In this document: piece by piece, positions 48,882-59,230 of the stretch
How the letters are laid out: each line of letters begins with the position of its first letter
How positions within the stretch are numbered: position 1 is the stretch's first letter
Assembly: GCA_045544255.1 (NCBI GenBank)
Contig: JAZPYP010000007.1
Coordinates: forward strand, 10,300-74,299
DNA from: Eubacteriales bacterium
GTDB taxonomy: Bacteria; Bacillota; Clostridia; Oscillospirales; QAKW01
DNA length: 64,000 nt
Direction: 5' to 3'
Notes under the pieces: model-generated
What the model was told of the DNA's origin: nothing
What the model saw: the letters and a program-made list of their open reading frames with translations, nothing else
Database searches by the model: none
Program-made: the position numbers and the translations under genes

Positions 48882-49262
48882 ATGTCCGCAGTAAAAAGGA
48901 TAATTTCACTGCTGTTCGCATCAGCACTTTTATTCAGCATCATCGGTTGCAGCGCATCCGAGCGTGAGTATCACGAGGATATCGTCATAGCCTTGCAGGA
49001 TCCGTCTGAGAAGATCATCATCCGAGAATGGCAGTATCTTTTGGGAAGCGGTGCGGACGTTTATTATCAAAAGGGTAATGCAGATGCGGTCTTATTAGGC
49101 AAAACGACAGGTGCTGACGACGGCTTTTGCCCGTTCAAGGAGGGCTTGTACGAGCTGATACAGAACGGTGATGAAATAACGGTCAGATGGTGCTTTTCAC
49201 CGTCCGACAGCAAGGACATATGGAGATACGGATCGTTCAGTATACCTGCACCAAATAACTGA
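48882..49262 (+). CDS. Hypothetical lipoprotein
   Basis: IIGC lipobox. Confidence 0.65.
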   Translation: MSAVKRIISLLFASALLFSIIGCSASEREYHEDIVIALQDPSEKIIIREWQYLLGSGADVYYQKGNADAVLLGKTTGADDGFCPFKEGLYELIQNGDEITVRWCFSPSDSKDIWRYGSFSIPAPNN

Positions 49263-49277
49263 AAAGCTAAAAGAATA

Positions 49278-49306
49278 AAGCGGCAGGAGGCTTCCTGCCG
49301 CTTTTA
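49278..49306. terminator. Bidirectional terminator
   Basis: AAAGCGGCAGGA-GGCT-TCCTGCCGCTTTT between convergent genes. Confidence 0.75.
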
Positions 49307-49318
49307 CGTTCACGAGCG

Positions 49319-49858
49319 TTAATTATTTGCCGTTTTGTCCTTTGACGTTCTTATCACACGGTTGTCCTTCAGATAAAACAAAAGCTCAACAAACGACTTG
49401 TGATACGGGATAAATTCTCCGTCTTCTATCATTTTCAATATTTCGTCAAGCGTTGCCCATTTTACCGCTTTAACCTCTTCATATTGCAACGACAGAGAAT
49501 TTATATCTACGTCGCTTTTTACAATAAACGTATCTCCGATCACCCTTTCGCTGATAAGGGTAATATTTGGGGAGATACCGTCAAAAGAGCGATCTATTCC
49601 GATCTCCTCTTTTAATTCCCTTTGTGCCGCCATCTGCGTAGTTTCTCCCGCTATGACGCTTCCGCCAACGGTAAGATCCCACATACCCGACCAGCTATCC
49701 TTAAACGGCTGACGCTGCTGGATAAGCATCATCTCTTTGCTATTGAAAATGCATATATGAACGATAAGTCTGTAATATTTGCAAGGCTGCTTTTCCCCTC
49801 TGACCATCGTTTTTCCTGTTTTTTCACGGTTTTCCGTGTAAAGATCCCATAATTCCAT
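49319..49858 (-). CDS. NUDIX hydrolase (IDI-like subfamily)
   Basis: GGSVIAGETTQMAAQRELKEEIG Nudix box. Confidence 0.9.
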   Translation of the reverse strand: MELWDLYTENREKTGKTMVRGEKQPCKYYRLIVHICIFNSKEMMLIQQRQPFKDSWSGMWDLTVGGSVIAGETTQMAAQRELKEEIGIDRSFDGISPNITLISERVIGDTFIVKSDVDINSLSLQYEEVKAVKWATLDEILKMIEDGEFIPYHKSFVELLFYLKDNRVIRTSKDKTANN

Positions 49859-49932
49859 ATATCCACCCTTACTGAAATTCGTTATTGCAAATATTGAATT
49901 TGGGTGCGGCTTTTATACCGCACCCATTTTTA

Positions 49933-51243
49933 TCAGAATAGTATTATCAAGAACTGTGACACGAGAACGACAGCTATCAAGGCTATCGGGTACGTTGCCG
50001 CATAAGCCGCCGCAACGTCTTCCGTTTTTGCAACACCGATAAGTGTTCCGAGTGCGGGAGTACTCGTCATACCGCCCGTGATCGCGCCGAGGTTGTTGAG
50101 AAGCGAAAGCTTCAGAACATACTTTGCAAACAGGAATCCTATGATCATAGGAACGACCGTCATGATAACGCCGTATACAAAATACATAGGGTCAAAGCAG
50201 TTAACGAACTCTGCGCCGCCCGCAATACCTGCACCTGCAAGGAAAAGAACGAGTCCAAGCTCACGGAAAAGCTTAAGCGTTGTTTCAAGAGGCATCATTG
50301 AGATCTTTCCAAATCTTCCGAAGTGACCTATCACAAGCGCTACAAGTAAGCAACCGCCCGTTGTTGTAAGCGAAAAGCAAGTTCCGTCAAGTCCCTTAGC
50401 AGAAAGCGGTATCTTGATCGCGCCTATAAATGTACCAAGAACTGCTGCAAAAGAGAACGCCGCAAAGCCCATGTGGTCGATGTGGAGAAGCTTTAACGCT
50501 TTTTTTGCCTTTTCATCTTTATTAGCAGGAGCGATAGAGATAGCGGCTCTTTCCTTGTCCATATCAGCTTTAACGATCTTAGGAATAAGCTGAACAAAAA
50601 GAACAACACCTATTACGCCGAAAATATACGAAATTCCGTGACCGACTGAAACTATATCCTCAAGCCTGCTTGCAATTTCAGGTGTAGCGGCTACATCCGC
50701 GACCGTTGCTTTAGCGGCTGAAAACGCAGGAGTAGACGTAAGAGATCCTGAAAGAAGACCTACTATCATCGCAACGAACTCATCAAGATTCTCAGCACCT
50801 GAGCCAAATCCGATACCCTTGCCGATGAAAATACAAGCTACGGCTGAAAGTCCGCCGGCGAGAATGATGATAAGACCCAAGAGCACGTAAGATTTAAAGT
50901 TCTTCTTCATATTTGCAAAGAACTTCGGACCTGCAATAAATCCAACTGATGTGACGAACAGGATAAGACCTAAGCTTTCAATGATCTTAAGAGCCTTTTT
51001 AATGTATTCGACCTTTATCGGTTCACCGTCAGCAATTACTTTTGTAATAGTAAGCTGATCTGCAAGCGGTGAAAACAGCAATGCACCGAACACAAGTGCT
51101 ATAATGAACACGCCTGCATCGCCGAGCGAGACACCTTTGATAGTTATACGTCCGAGAGCATATCCTACAAAAAGAATACCAAACAGACAAAACAGTAAAA
51201 ATGAGATTTCCTTAATAGGAATTACTCCACCAAACAAATTCAT
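49933..51243 (-). CDS. AspT/YidE/YbjL (AAEx) family transporter, candidate succinate exporter
   Basis: Duplicated GSLTSTPAF and GGMTSTPAL motifs, YAATYP; no TrkA-C domains. Confidence 0.85.
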   Translation of the reverse strand: MNLFGGVIPIKEISFLLFCLFGILFVGYALGRITIKGVSLGDAGVFIIALVFGALLFSPLADQLTITKVIADGEPIKVEYIKKALKIIESLGLILFVTSVGFIAGPKFFANMKKNFKSYVLLGLIIILAGGLSAVACIFIGKGIGFGSGAENLDEFVAMIVGLLSGSLTSTPAFSAAKATVADVAATPEIASRLEDIVSVGHGISYIFGVIGVVLFVQLIPKIVKADMDKERAAISIAPANKDEKAKKALKLLHIDHMGFAAFSFAAVLGTFIGAIKIPLSAKGLDGTCFSLTTTGGCLLVALVIGHFGRFGKISMMPLETTLKLFRELGLVLFLAGAGIAGGAEFVNCFDPMYFVYGVIMTVVPMIIGFLFAKYVLKLSLLNNLGAITGGMTSTPALGTLIGVAKTEDVAAAYAATYPIALIAVVLVSQFLIILF

Positions 51244-51270
51244 TTTAAAATTACCTCTTTTTCGAATATA

Positions 51271-52866
51271 TTACTTTCTTCTGTAATCCGGCAAAAGCTT
51301 GGGAGATACAGCTTCCGTTTCGATACCCGCATCGGCAATTTCCTTTTCAAAGCTGTCGATGTGTGCAAGTGTGAGCTTACCTACACTTACGTTTTTGCAT
51401 TTAGCTGCCGCATTTTTACCCGCGCTTCTGCCAAACACAATTATGTCCAAAAGTGAGTTACCCATAAGGCGATTTCTTCCGTGAATACCGCCTACCGCCT
51501 CACCTGCTACGAACAGATTTTCCACATTCGTAGTCATGCAGTCGGCATTTATATCAAGTCCGCCATTCTGATAGTGGAGCGTGGGATAAACGAGGATCGG
51601 CTCTTTACGTATGTCAATGCCGTATTTACCGAACATTCTCATCATTGCGGGAATTCTCGCCTCGATCGTTCCCTCTCCGCCTATCTTTTCGATCATAGGC
51701 GTATCAAGCCATACTGCAAGACCGTTTTCAGTATCAACGCCGTTGCCTCTTGTGGAGCATTCTCTGATGATAGATGCCGCTGAAACGTCACGCGTTTCAA
51801 GCGGATGCATAAATGCCTCGCCCTTTACATTTATGAGCTTTGCGCCAAGTGAACGAACCTTTTCTGTAACGAGCGCACCGAATATCTGTTCAGGATAAGC
51901 AGCGCCCGTGGGGTGATATTGGAGCGTATCTGCATAAAGCAGCTTTGCGCCTACTCTGTAACCGAGCACAAGACCGTCAGCCGTTGCACCGTAGTGGTTT
52001 GACGTGGGGAAGCCCTGATAATGCATTCTTCCTGCACCGCCCGTTGCAATAATAACAGTTTTTGCTCTTGCAACGAGAAGCTCCTGCGTTTCCATATTCA
52101 TAAGCACCGCACCTGCTGCGTTGCCGTTTTCATCAAGAATAAGCTCTACTGCAGAGGTAAAGTCTACAACGGGAATGCCTCTGTTAAGGACCTCATCACG
52201 CAGCGTACGCATAATTTCAGCGCCTGAATAGTCCTTTGCCGCATGCATACGCTTGCGGGATGTACCGCCTCCGTGCGTAGTTACCATATTGCCGTCAGCG
52301 TCCTTGTCAAATTCAACGCCGAGATCGTTAAGCCACTGAATAGCCTCAGGAGCGTCGCACACGAGCTTTGACAAAAGCTCTCTTTTTGCCGCATAGTGAC
52401 CGCCGCCGAACGCATCTACAAAGTGTATTGCAGGTGAGTCGTTTGCCTTGTCCGCAGCCTGAATACCGCCCTCAGCCATCATCGTATTTGCATCGCCTAT
52501 ACGCAGCTTTGTTACGATCATAACATCAGCGCCCGCCTCGTGCGCTTCTATCGCCGCAGACGAGCCTGCGCCGCCGCCGCCTATAACGAGAACGTCAACA
52601 TCATAGTTGGGATTTTCAAGATCAACTGCATCAGATGTTATACGGCTGTGTGCCTGAAGCATCTGTGCAAGCTCAACGGGAACCTTTTCGCCCTTGTTCG
52701 GACCTATCTTAAGCTGAGCAAATTCATCTGTTTTATAGTCGGGGTGATATGCTTTAAGAAGATCTTCCTTTTGCTGCGCCGTCATTCTTGCCGGCTCGAG
52801 CTTGATATTTGCCTCTCTTGCGGCTTCAACTGCCTTAAGAGATTCTGAAAATTTTTCCGGATACAT
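51271..52866 (-). CDS. Fumarate reductase/succinate dehydrogenase-type flavoprotein, soluble
   Basis: GGGGAG, QYHPTG, TEKVR, ETRDV, LHYQNGG and HGRNRLMGNSL motifs. Confidence 0.9.
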   Translation of the reverse strand: MYPEKFSESLKAVEAAREANIKLEPARMTAQQKEDLLKAYHPDYKTDEFAQLKIGPNKGEKVPVELAQMLQAHSRITSDAVDLENPNYDVDVLVIGGGGAGSSAAIEAHEAGADVMIVTKLRIGDANTMMAEGGIQAADKANDSPAIHFVDAFGGGHYAAKRELLSKLVCDAPEAIQWLNDLGVEFDKDADGNMVTTHGGGTSRKRMHAAKDYSGAEIMRTLRDEVLNRGIPVVDFTSAVELILDENGNAAGAVLMNMETQELLVARAKTVIIATGGAGRMHYQGFPTSNHYGATADGLVLGYRVGAKLLYADTLQYHPTGAAYPEQIFGALVTEKVRSLGAKLINVKGEAFMHPLETRDVSAASIIRECSTRGNGVDTENGLAVWLDTPMIEKIGGEGTIEARIPAMMRMFGKYGIDIRKEPILVYPTLHYQNGGLDINADCMTTNVENLFVAGEAVGGIHGRNRLMGNSLLDIIVFGRSAGKNAAAKCKNVSVGKLTLAHIDSFEKEIADAGIETEAVSPKLLPDYRRK

Positions 52867-52878
52867 ATTTTCCCCTCC

Positions 52879-53553
52879 TTATTTCTCTATTTCTCTGTTG
52901 TTGTAAAGCTCTTTGATCTCGTCAATGGGCTTTTGCATAAGTGCTTCGATAAGCTCTGCAAATGTGCCGTCCTTGATTTCACGTACACGGTCCTCAAGGT
53001 GAGCAGACTTCGGAGCAAGATATTTACCGTTAAGTCTGCGTGCAAGCATCGCTACCTGTGGATGTGAGATGCCTGCAGGACAGCGTGAGGAGCATACACC
53101 GCACATTACGCAGTCAAACGATTCCTCAGCGCACTTTTCATACTCGCCTCTCTGAGCGTATGCAATATACTGCATAACGTTAAGCTCCTGTGTGCAGCTC
53201 TTTGTGCAGGCATTGCATCCGATGCAGGCGTATATTTCAGGGTAAAGCTGCATCATTATCTGTTCTGTGGGCTTTACCTTTTCAATATCGTACACTTGCT
53301 TTACAAGTGGGAAAAACGGAAGTGTAGCTATGTACATATTTTCCTGCACCTTCGTCTGACAAGCAAGGCACGCCTTTAATTCTCTGTCGCCCTTTATTCT
53401 GTATATCGTAGCGCATGCGCCGCAAAATCCGTTACGGCAGCCGCACCCTCTTACCAGCTGATAGCCGGCATATTCCATAGCGCTCATTATAGTAAGATTT
53501 TCAGGAACGCTGTACTTTTTTCCGAAAAGAAATATATTAACCATATTTTCCAT
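52879..53553 (-). CDS. FrdB/SdhB-like Fe-S subunit
   Basis: GCRNGFCGAC 2Fe-2S motif plus two 4Fe-4S motifs; start after AAGGAGG. Confidence 0.88.
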   Translation of the reverse strand: MENMVNIFLFGKKYSVPENLTIMSAMEYAGYQLVRGCGCRNGFCGACATIYRIKGDRELKACLACQTKVQENMYIATLPFFPLVKQVYDIEKVKPTEQIMMQLYPEIYACIGCNACTKSCTQELNVMQYIAYAQRGEYEKCAEESFDCVMCGVCSSRCPAGISHPQVAMLARRLNGKYLAPKSAHLEDRVREIKDGTFAELIEALMQKPIDEIKELYNNREIEK

Positions 53554-53566
53554 CTTATTTTCCTCC

Positions 53567-54403
53567 TTAATATTCATCCGGCAGCTCTTCAAGCTCATCG
53601 CAACGGAAAACGGGTCCGTCCTTGCAAACGTACTTTGAACCGATATTGCATCTGCCGCATTTACCGACACCGCACTTCATACGCAGCTCCATCGTCGTAT
53701 AGACCTGTGTTTTATCATATCCCATAGAGATCAATCCCTCAAGGGTAAACTTGATCATTATGGGCGGACCGCATATAATAACTGTTTTGTCTGTGGGAAA
53801 ATCAAGCTCTTTTACATAATTGGGAACAAATCCTACGTGACCGTCCCAGCCTTCCTGTTCTCTGTCTATGGTAAGATGAACGTCTATACCGTCGTCCTTT
53901 ACCCACTCAGAGATTATTTCATCATAATCAACAAGATCGTCCTTACTTCTTGAACCGTAAACTATATCGATCTTGCCGTATTTATCTCTATAATGTCTGC
54001 AATAGTTGATCACAGAACGCAACGGCGCAAGACCGATACCGCCTGCAACAAACAAAAGATCCTTACCTGCGAACACATCATCGACAGGAAACGGCTTTCC
54101 GTAAGGGCCTCTGATCGTTATCATCTGACCTACCTCTGCCTGATGGAGCCATTCCGTAACGCAACCGCATTTTTTAATGGAAAACTCCATATATTCGGTA
54201 TTTGTAGGAGATGAGGTTATTGAAAACATAGCCTCTCCGACTGCAGGTATTGAAAGCATTGCACACTGACCGGGCTTATGGTCAAATGCCTTTTTACCGT
54301 CGGGCGTTACAACACGGAACGTCTTAACATCCGGTGTATCTATTCTCACGTCGGTTATAACTCCGACCTTCGGGATAAGTACTTCTTCCATATTATTCAT
54401 CAT
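53567..54403 (-). CDS. FlxA/AsrB-like FAD/NAD(P)-binding subunit
   Basis: RGPYG, AGGIGLAP, CGPPIM and MKCGVGKCGRC motifs. Confidence 0.9.
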   Translation of the reverse strand: MMNNMEEVLIPKVGVITDVRIDTPDVKTFRVVTPDGKKAFDHKPGQCAMLSIPAVGEAMFSITSSPTNTEYMEFSIKKCGCVTEWLHQAEVGQMITIRGPYGKPFPVDDVFAGKDLLFVAGGIGLAPLRSVINYCRHYRDKYGKIDIVYGSRSKDDLVDYDEIISEWVKDDGIDVHLTIDREQEGWDGHVGFVPNYVKELDFPTDKTVIICGPPIMIKFTLEGLISMGYDKTQVYTTMELRMKCGVGKCGRCNIGSKYVCKDGPVFRCDELEELPDEY

Positions 54404-55424
54404 CCTTTCCTGAAAGTCCCTTCATTACCTTGACGATATTCATTGATACGGGACATTTTGAAAGACACCTGCCGCATCCTACGCATCCGAAAACACCGTC
54501 GTTATTCGTGGGATAGTATACCAGCTTGTGCATAAATCTCTGACGGAAGCGCTCAAGCTGTGAAACTCTGTTGTTTCCGTGAGCCATACGGGTAAATTCC
54601 GAATACATACAGGAATCCCAGCAGCGATAACGGATAACGCCGTGGCCTGTATCATAATCCCTTATATCGTAGCATTGGCACGTAGGACAAACGAACGTAC
54701 ACGTTCCGCAGCCTATGCAAGTTCTCGAAAGATCTGCCCATTCGGGACTGTCGAAGAATTTCGCCGTCTTATCCTTGCCGAAATCCTTCGTTTTAAGATC
54801 TGCCAAGGGGAGCCTTTTCATTATTTCAGCGGTTTTTGCCTTCTGCTCACACACAGCCTTATCGTCGCATTCCTCTGTGAGAGATTCGATGACAGCCATA
54901 AGAGATGCACCCTTTTCGGTGTTAGCATTGAAATATATATCCGTATCAGTCTTCCAGCACGTGATATCACCTGCGGGAGATGCTGCATCTATTCCGAATG
55001 ATGAGCAAAAGCACGTTTCAGCAGGACGTGTGCAAGCCATTGAAATTATCGTTGAATGAGCGCGTCTGTTTGCATAGTAGCTGTCACGCGGCTCTGAAAG
55101 AAATACGCTGTCAAGTATATCAAAGCTCTTAACATCACACGCTCTGACACCGAACACTACGAAATCCTCGTTTTCCTCTCTTGTATCGATAACCTCTATC
55201 TCTTTGCCCTGCACCTTGAACTGCATAAGATCTTCCATCTGGGGAAAGAAGAAATCCTTAGCCGATCTGTTTGTATTAAGGCAATCACTGAGCTGAACGC
55301 CCTGAGACCACTTTTTATAATCAGCACCGCTGTCTGTATTTACAGGCAGATACAATGCTTGCGCTTGTGCTATTTTGGCAAAAATGCTGTCAAGAGCAGT
55401 CAATGAACATTTACGCATACTCAT
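54393..55424 (-). CDS. FlxB/AsrA-like 4Fe-4S protein
   Basis: GVRACD, CFC, CIGCGTCTFVCPTCQC, RCWDSC and CVGCGRC motifs. Confidence 0.88.
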   Translation of the reverse strand: MSMRKCSLTALDSIFAKIAQAQALYLPVNTDSGADYKKWSQGVQLSDCLNTNRSAKDFFFPQMEDLMQFKVQGKEIEVIDTREENEDFVVFGVRACDVKSFDILDSVFLSEPRDSYYANRRAHSTIISMACTRPAETCFCSSFGIDAASPAGDITCWKTDTDIYFNANTEKGASLMAVIESLTEECDDKAVCEQKAKTAEIMKRLPLADLKTKDFGKDKTAKFFDSPEWADLSRTCIGCGTCTFVCPTCQCYDIRDYDTGHGVIRYRCWDSCMYSEFTRMAHGNNRVSQLERFRQRFMHKLVYYPTNNDGVFGCVGCGRCLSKCPVSMNIVKVMKGLSGKDDE

Positions 55425-56407
55425 TCCCCTTTCTTAACTGCATCATTAGGCTCGATATCATCAGTTGTGTAATTCACAAGCGGAGCGCGGCTTCCAACCG
55501 TTTCTCCTGCCTGATAATCGCCGTAGAAGCTGTTTATATCCTTAATAAATTTTCTGTTGAGCAAATGCAAAGGTATGTTCTGAGGGCATACTCTTGAGCA
55601 TTCGCCGCAGTCCGTGCATCTTCCTGCAACGTGGAAGGCGCGTATGATGTGGAACATTTTTTCTTCAAAGCTGTCCTCTGTCGGATTCTTCGTTTCCGCG
55701 CCCGATTTTGGATTGTCAAATACGCATTTTTCGCACGTACAAGCAGGACATATATTACGGCATGCATTGCATCTGATACAGCGTGAAAGCTCACCCTGCC
55801 AGAATTCAAATCGCTCATCCTCTGTCATATTTTCGAGCTTTTCTACCTCGTCAAAGCGCTTGCTGTCAAGCACCTGACCGTCATCGCCCAAAAGCTCGTC
55901 ATACGCAACGTGCTTTTTACTTTTGCAGTTAATGCATCTTTCAGCTAATATATCCTCAAACGCGATCGTTTTCACACCGTCATAAAGCGTTTCTACCTTA
56001 ACGTCCGTGCCGCTTTCTTCAATCGACAGTATTCCGTCGCCCGCAAGAGTCTTCAGCTTTGTCACATCTGCCATACCCTCGCAGGGAATGCCTATTGCAT
56101 ATACATTTTCTCTGTCAAAGCGATGCTCTGTCAGAAGCTGATTGAAGCTGTATGTATCGCAGGGCTTAAGAAATACAAGGAGTTTTCCGCCCTTTCTTTT
56201 TTCTGATACGAGATACTTGGAGAAGTTTGCACCGCAAAATCCGTTATAAACGAAATTGTTCTTTATATCATCGCAATCGGTGAATACGGCGGGGGCAATA
56301 TCGTAATCAAATTCGCCCTTTTTCCAGCAGAGCACACGGTCAACAGCGCCGCTTTTGAGCATTTCGCACGCCTTTTCCACCAATGCATCACGGGTTATTT
56401 TTTGCAT
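55421..56407 (-). CDS. FlxC-like 4Fe-4S protein (FrhB/FdhB-related)
   Basis: LKPCD, RCIRCNACRNICPACTC and HVAGRCTDCGEC motifs. Confidence 0.85.
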   Translation of the reverse strand: MQKITRDALVEKACEMLKSGAVDRVLCWKKGEFDYDIAPAVFTDCDDIKNNFVYNGFCGANFSKYLVSEKRKGGKLLVFLKPCDTYSFNQLLTEHRFDRENVYAIGIPCEGMADVTKLKTLAGDGILSIEESGTDVKVETLYDGVKTIAFEDILAERCINCKSKKHVAYDELLGDDGQVLDSKRFDEVEKLENMTEDERFEFWQGELSRCIRCNACRNICPACTCEKCVFDNPKSGAETKNPTEDSFEEKMFHIIRAFHVAGRCTDCGECSRVCPQNIPLHLLNRKFIKDINSFYGDYQAGETVGSRAPLVNYTTDDIEPNDAVKKGE

Positions 56408-56832
56408 CGTAGATCCTCCAATCTCTTGTTTTCTCCGAGAGCTGCAACTGCGGAAGTGAAATCATTCATAGTTGCGGCAAACTTTGCGCCCTCTGCAGCA
56501 GATACCCATTCAAGACGGATCCTTTCCTTCTCAATACCGAGATAATTTAGCATCGAGAACAAAAGCGCCATTCTTCTTCTTGTATAATAATTGCCTGATG
56601 TATAGTGGCAGTCGCCGGGGTGGCATCCGCATATAATAACTCCGTCCGCACCTCTTTGAAACGCACGAAGGATGAATATCGGATTTACTCTGCAAGAGCA
56701 CGGCACCTTGATTATCTTTACGTTTTCAGGATAAGCAAGTCTGTTATTACCCGCAAGATCCGCACCTGCATAAGAGCACCAGTTGCAGCAAAAAGCAACT
56801 ATCTTCGGCTTGAATTCGTTATTTATTTGCAT
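56395..56832 (-). CDS. mvhD: MvhD/FlxD 2Fe-2S subunit
   Basis: FCCNWCSYAGAD, PCSCRV, GCHPGDCHY and WVSAAEG motifs. Confidence 0.92.
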   Translation of the reverse strand: MQINNEFKPKIVAFCCNWCSYAGADLAGNNRLAYPENVKIIKVPCSCRVNPIFILRAFQRGADGVIICGCHPGDCHYTSGNYYTRRRMALLFSMLNYLGIEKERIRLEWVSAAEGAKFAATMNDFTSAVAALGENKRLEDLRCKK

Positions 56833-58817
56833 ATCGCATCTACCTCCGCAATTATTTGCGCGCTTGCGAAGCCCTTAAGGTCCATTGCCCCCGAAGGACA
56901 CGCAACGGTACAAGCACCGCAGCCCTGACATACCGCTTCGTTTACCGTAGCTATGCGTCTTATCGCAGTCGTTCTGTCGGGCATACGGAATTCCTTATCA
57001 ATGTAGGTAATAGCACCGTAAGGACATACCCTTTCACACGATGAGCAGCCGTTACACATAAGCTCATTCGGCTGTGCAACGCACGGGTTGCCTGTGAGCT
57101 TATCCTTTGCCAGAAGTCCTATGACCTTTGCAGCTGCCGCAGATGCCTGAGAAACTGTTTCGGGAATATCCTTAGGACCTTGGCAGGTACCCGACAGGAA
57201 TACGCCTGCCGTCGGGCTTTCAACGGGACGGAGCTTGGGGTGTGCTTCGGTAAAGAAATCGTTCGTATCCATACTTGCTGTAAGCATTGTAGCTATGGAA
57301 CGGGCTGATTTGTCAGGCTCTATCGCCGCAGCGAGAACCACAAGATCTGCCTGTATATTAAGCTGCTTGTTTGCAAGAAGGTCTGACGCTCTGACATTCA
57401 GCTTGTCGCCCTCGGGGAACACCTTTCCTACCATGCCCTTGATATAGTGTACTCCGTATTCCTCTACGGCACGGCGATAAAATTCATCAAACGCCTTACC
57501 CGGTGTACGCACATCAATGTAGAACACATATACCTCTGTATCGGGATATTTGTCTCTCGTCAGCATTGCATGCTTTGCAGTATACATACAACATATCTTC
57601 GAGCAATATTCTTTGCCCTTTTCAGCGCATGCAGCACATCTTGAGCCAACGCACTGAACGAAAACTATCGTATGCGGATGCTTTCCGTCTGACGGACGGA
57701 GCAGCTTGCCCGCCGTAGGACCTGCGGCGTTTGTCAGACGCTCAAATTCAAGCGACGTTATTACATCCTTGGATTGATTGTATGCATACTCGTCGAATTT
57801 ATCCATGCTTATGGGATTAAATCCCGTAGCTGCAACGATAGCGCCGTAGCTTTCTTCTATTATCTCATCCTTTTGGGTGTAGTCGATGGCTCCTGCCGTA
57901 CATACCTTTGAGCATATACCGCATTTACCTGTTTTAAGCATTGTACAGTAATTGGGGTCTATCGTTGCTACCTTCGGAACTGCCTGTGCGAACGGAATAT
58001 ACACTGCACGGCGGTTATCCATACCCATATTGAATTCGTTGGGAACCTTCTTTTGAGGACACTTTTCGGTGCATATACCGCAGCCTGTGCAAATATCCTC
58101 TTTTACGTATCTTGCCTTCTTTCTTATCTTGACCTTGAAGTTACCGACAAAGCCGCCAACCTCTTCGACCTCGCTGTAAGAAAATATTCTGATATTCTCA
58201 TTCTGCGCCACATCAACCATTTTAGGTGTAAGAATACACGCTGCACAGTCAAGCGTCGGGAACGTTTTATCAAGCTGAGCCATTTTACCGCCGATCGTGG
58301 GCTTCTTTTCCACAATATCAACGGGGAAGCCTGCCTCTGCAATATCAAGAGCGGTCTGAATACCTGCAATACCGCCGCCTATTACAAGAGCGCGCTTTGT
58401 TACGGGGCTTTCGCCGGGCATAAGCGGAGCATTAAGATTGACCTTTGCAACTGCCGCTTTACCTAAAATTATCGCTTTTTCCGTACCCGTAGCCATATCC
58501 TTATGTACCCACGAGCACTGCTCGCGGATATTGGCTATCTCCACCATATACGGATTAAGACCTGCCGCTGAAGCAGTCTTACGGAATGTTGCCTCGTGCA
58601 TACGCGGTGAGCAGGAGCAAACAACGATGCCTGTGAGCTTATGCTCAGTTATCGCCTGCTTTATTATATCCTGACCCGCCTGTGAGCACATATACTGATA
58701 GTTGGTGGAAAAGACAACGCCCGGCTCGTTTTTCAACGCGTCTGACACCGCCTGTACATCTACAGTACCTGCAATATTACTGCCGCACCAACATACAAAT
58801 ACGCCGATTCTCTGCAT
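56823..58817 (-). CDS. hdrA: Heterodisulfide reductase subunit A
   Basis: RIGVFVCWCG, CSPRMHE, NIREQC, DKTFPTLDC, QCVGSR, YCSKICC and GPKDIP motifs. Confidence 0.95.
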   Translation of the reverse strand: MQRIGVFVCWCGSNIAGTVDVQAVSDALKNEPGVVFSTNYQYMCSQAGQDIIKQAITEHKLTGIVVCSCSPRMHEATFRKTASAAGLNPYMVEIANIREQCSWVHKDMATGTEKAIILGKAAVAKVNLNAPLMPGESPVTKRALVIGGGIAGIQTALDIAEAGFPVDIVEKKPTIGGKMAQLDKTFPTLDCAACILTPKMVDVAQNENIRIFSYSEVEEVGGFVGNFKVKIRKKARYVKEDICTGCGICTEKCPQKKVPNEFNMGMDNRRAVYIPFAQAVPKVATIDPNYCTMLKTGKCGICSKVCTAGAIDYTQKDEIIEESYGAIVAATGFNPISMDKFDEYAYNQSKDVITSLEFERLTNAAGPTAGKLLRPSDGKHPHTIVFVQCVGSRCAACAEKGKEYCSKICCMYTAKHAMLTRDKYPDTEVYVFYIDVRTPGKAFDEFYRRAVEEYGVHYIKGMVGKVFPEGDKLNVRASDLLANKQLNIQADLVVLAAAIEPDKSARSIATMLTASMDTNDFFTEAHPKLRPVESPTAGVFLSGTCQGPKDIPETVSQASAAAAKVIGLLAKDKLTGNPCVAQPNELMCNGCSSCERVCPYGAITYIDKEFRMPDRTTAIRRIATVNEAVCQGCGACTVACPSGAMDLKGFASAQIIAEVDAICK

Positions 58818-58831
58818 TTTGTCTTTTCTCC

Positions 58832-59230
58832 TTACTTACTGTATTTTCTGAGTGCGCTTACTATCGCCTGCTGAGGAATATCCTCGTCAAGCAACGCAGG
58901 AATATCATCTGCTGTAAGATGATTTGCACCCTGCTTGCGAATTACCGCAAGTCTTACCGATTCAACCAGCTTTGCCGGCTCGACTCCTCTGGGACATCTG
59001 TCAACACACGCAAAGCAGGTAAGACACTTGTAAAGTGACTTTGATTGCATAAGCGGCTCTATATCGCCGTTTTCAACCATATATACGAACTGATGCGGAT
59101 GATATTCCATCTCATCAAAAGCGGGGCATGTAGCGGTGCATTTACCGCATCTCATACACTTTTTCGGATTTACGCCGCTGGAACGGATGATCTCATCTCT
59201 TATCTTTGCAGTTTCCTTATTCATTTTCAT
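58832..59230 (-). CDS. hdrC: Heterodisulfide reductase subunit C-like protein
   Basis: CMRCGKCTATCP and CLTCFACVDRCP motifs. Confidence 0.88.
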   Translation of the reverse strand: MKMNKETAKIRDEIIRSSGVNPKKCMRCGKCTATCPAFDEMEYHPHQFVYMVENGDIEPLMQSKSLYKCLTCFACVDRCPRGVEPAKLVESVRLAVIRKQGANHLTADDIPALLDEDIPQQAIVSALRKYSK

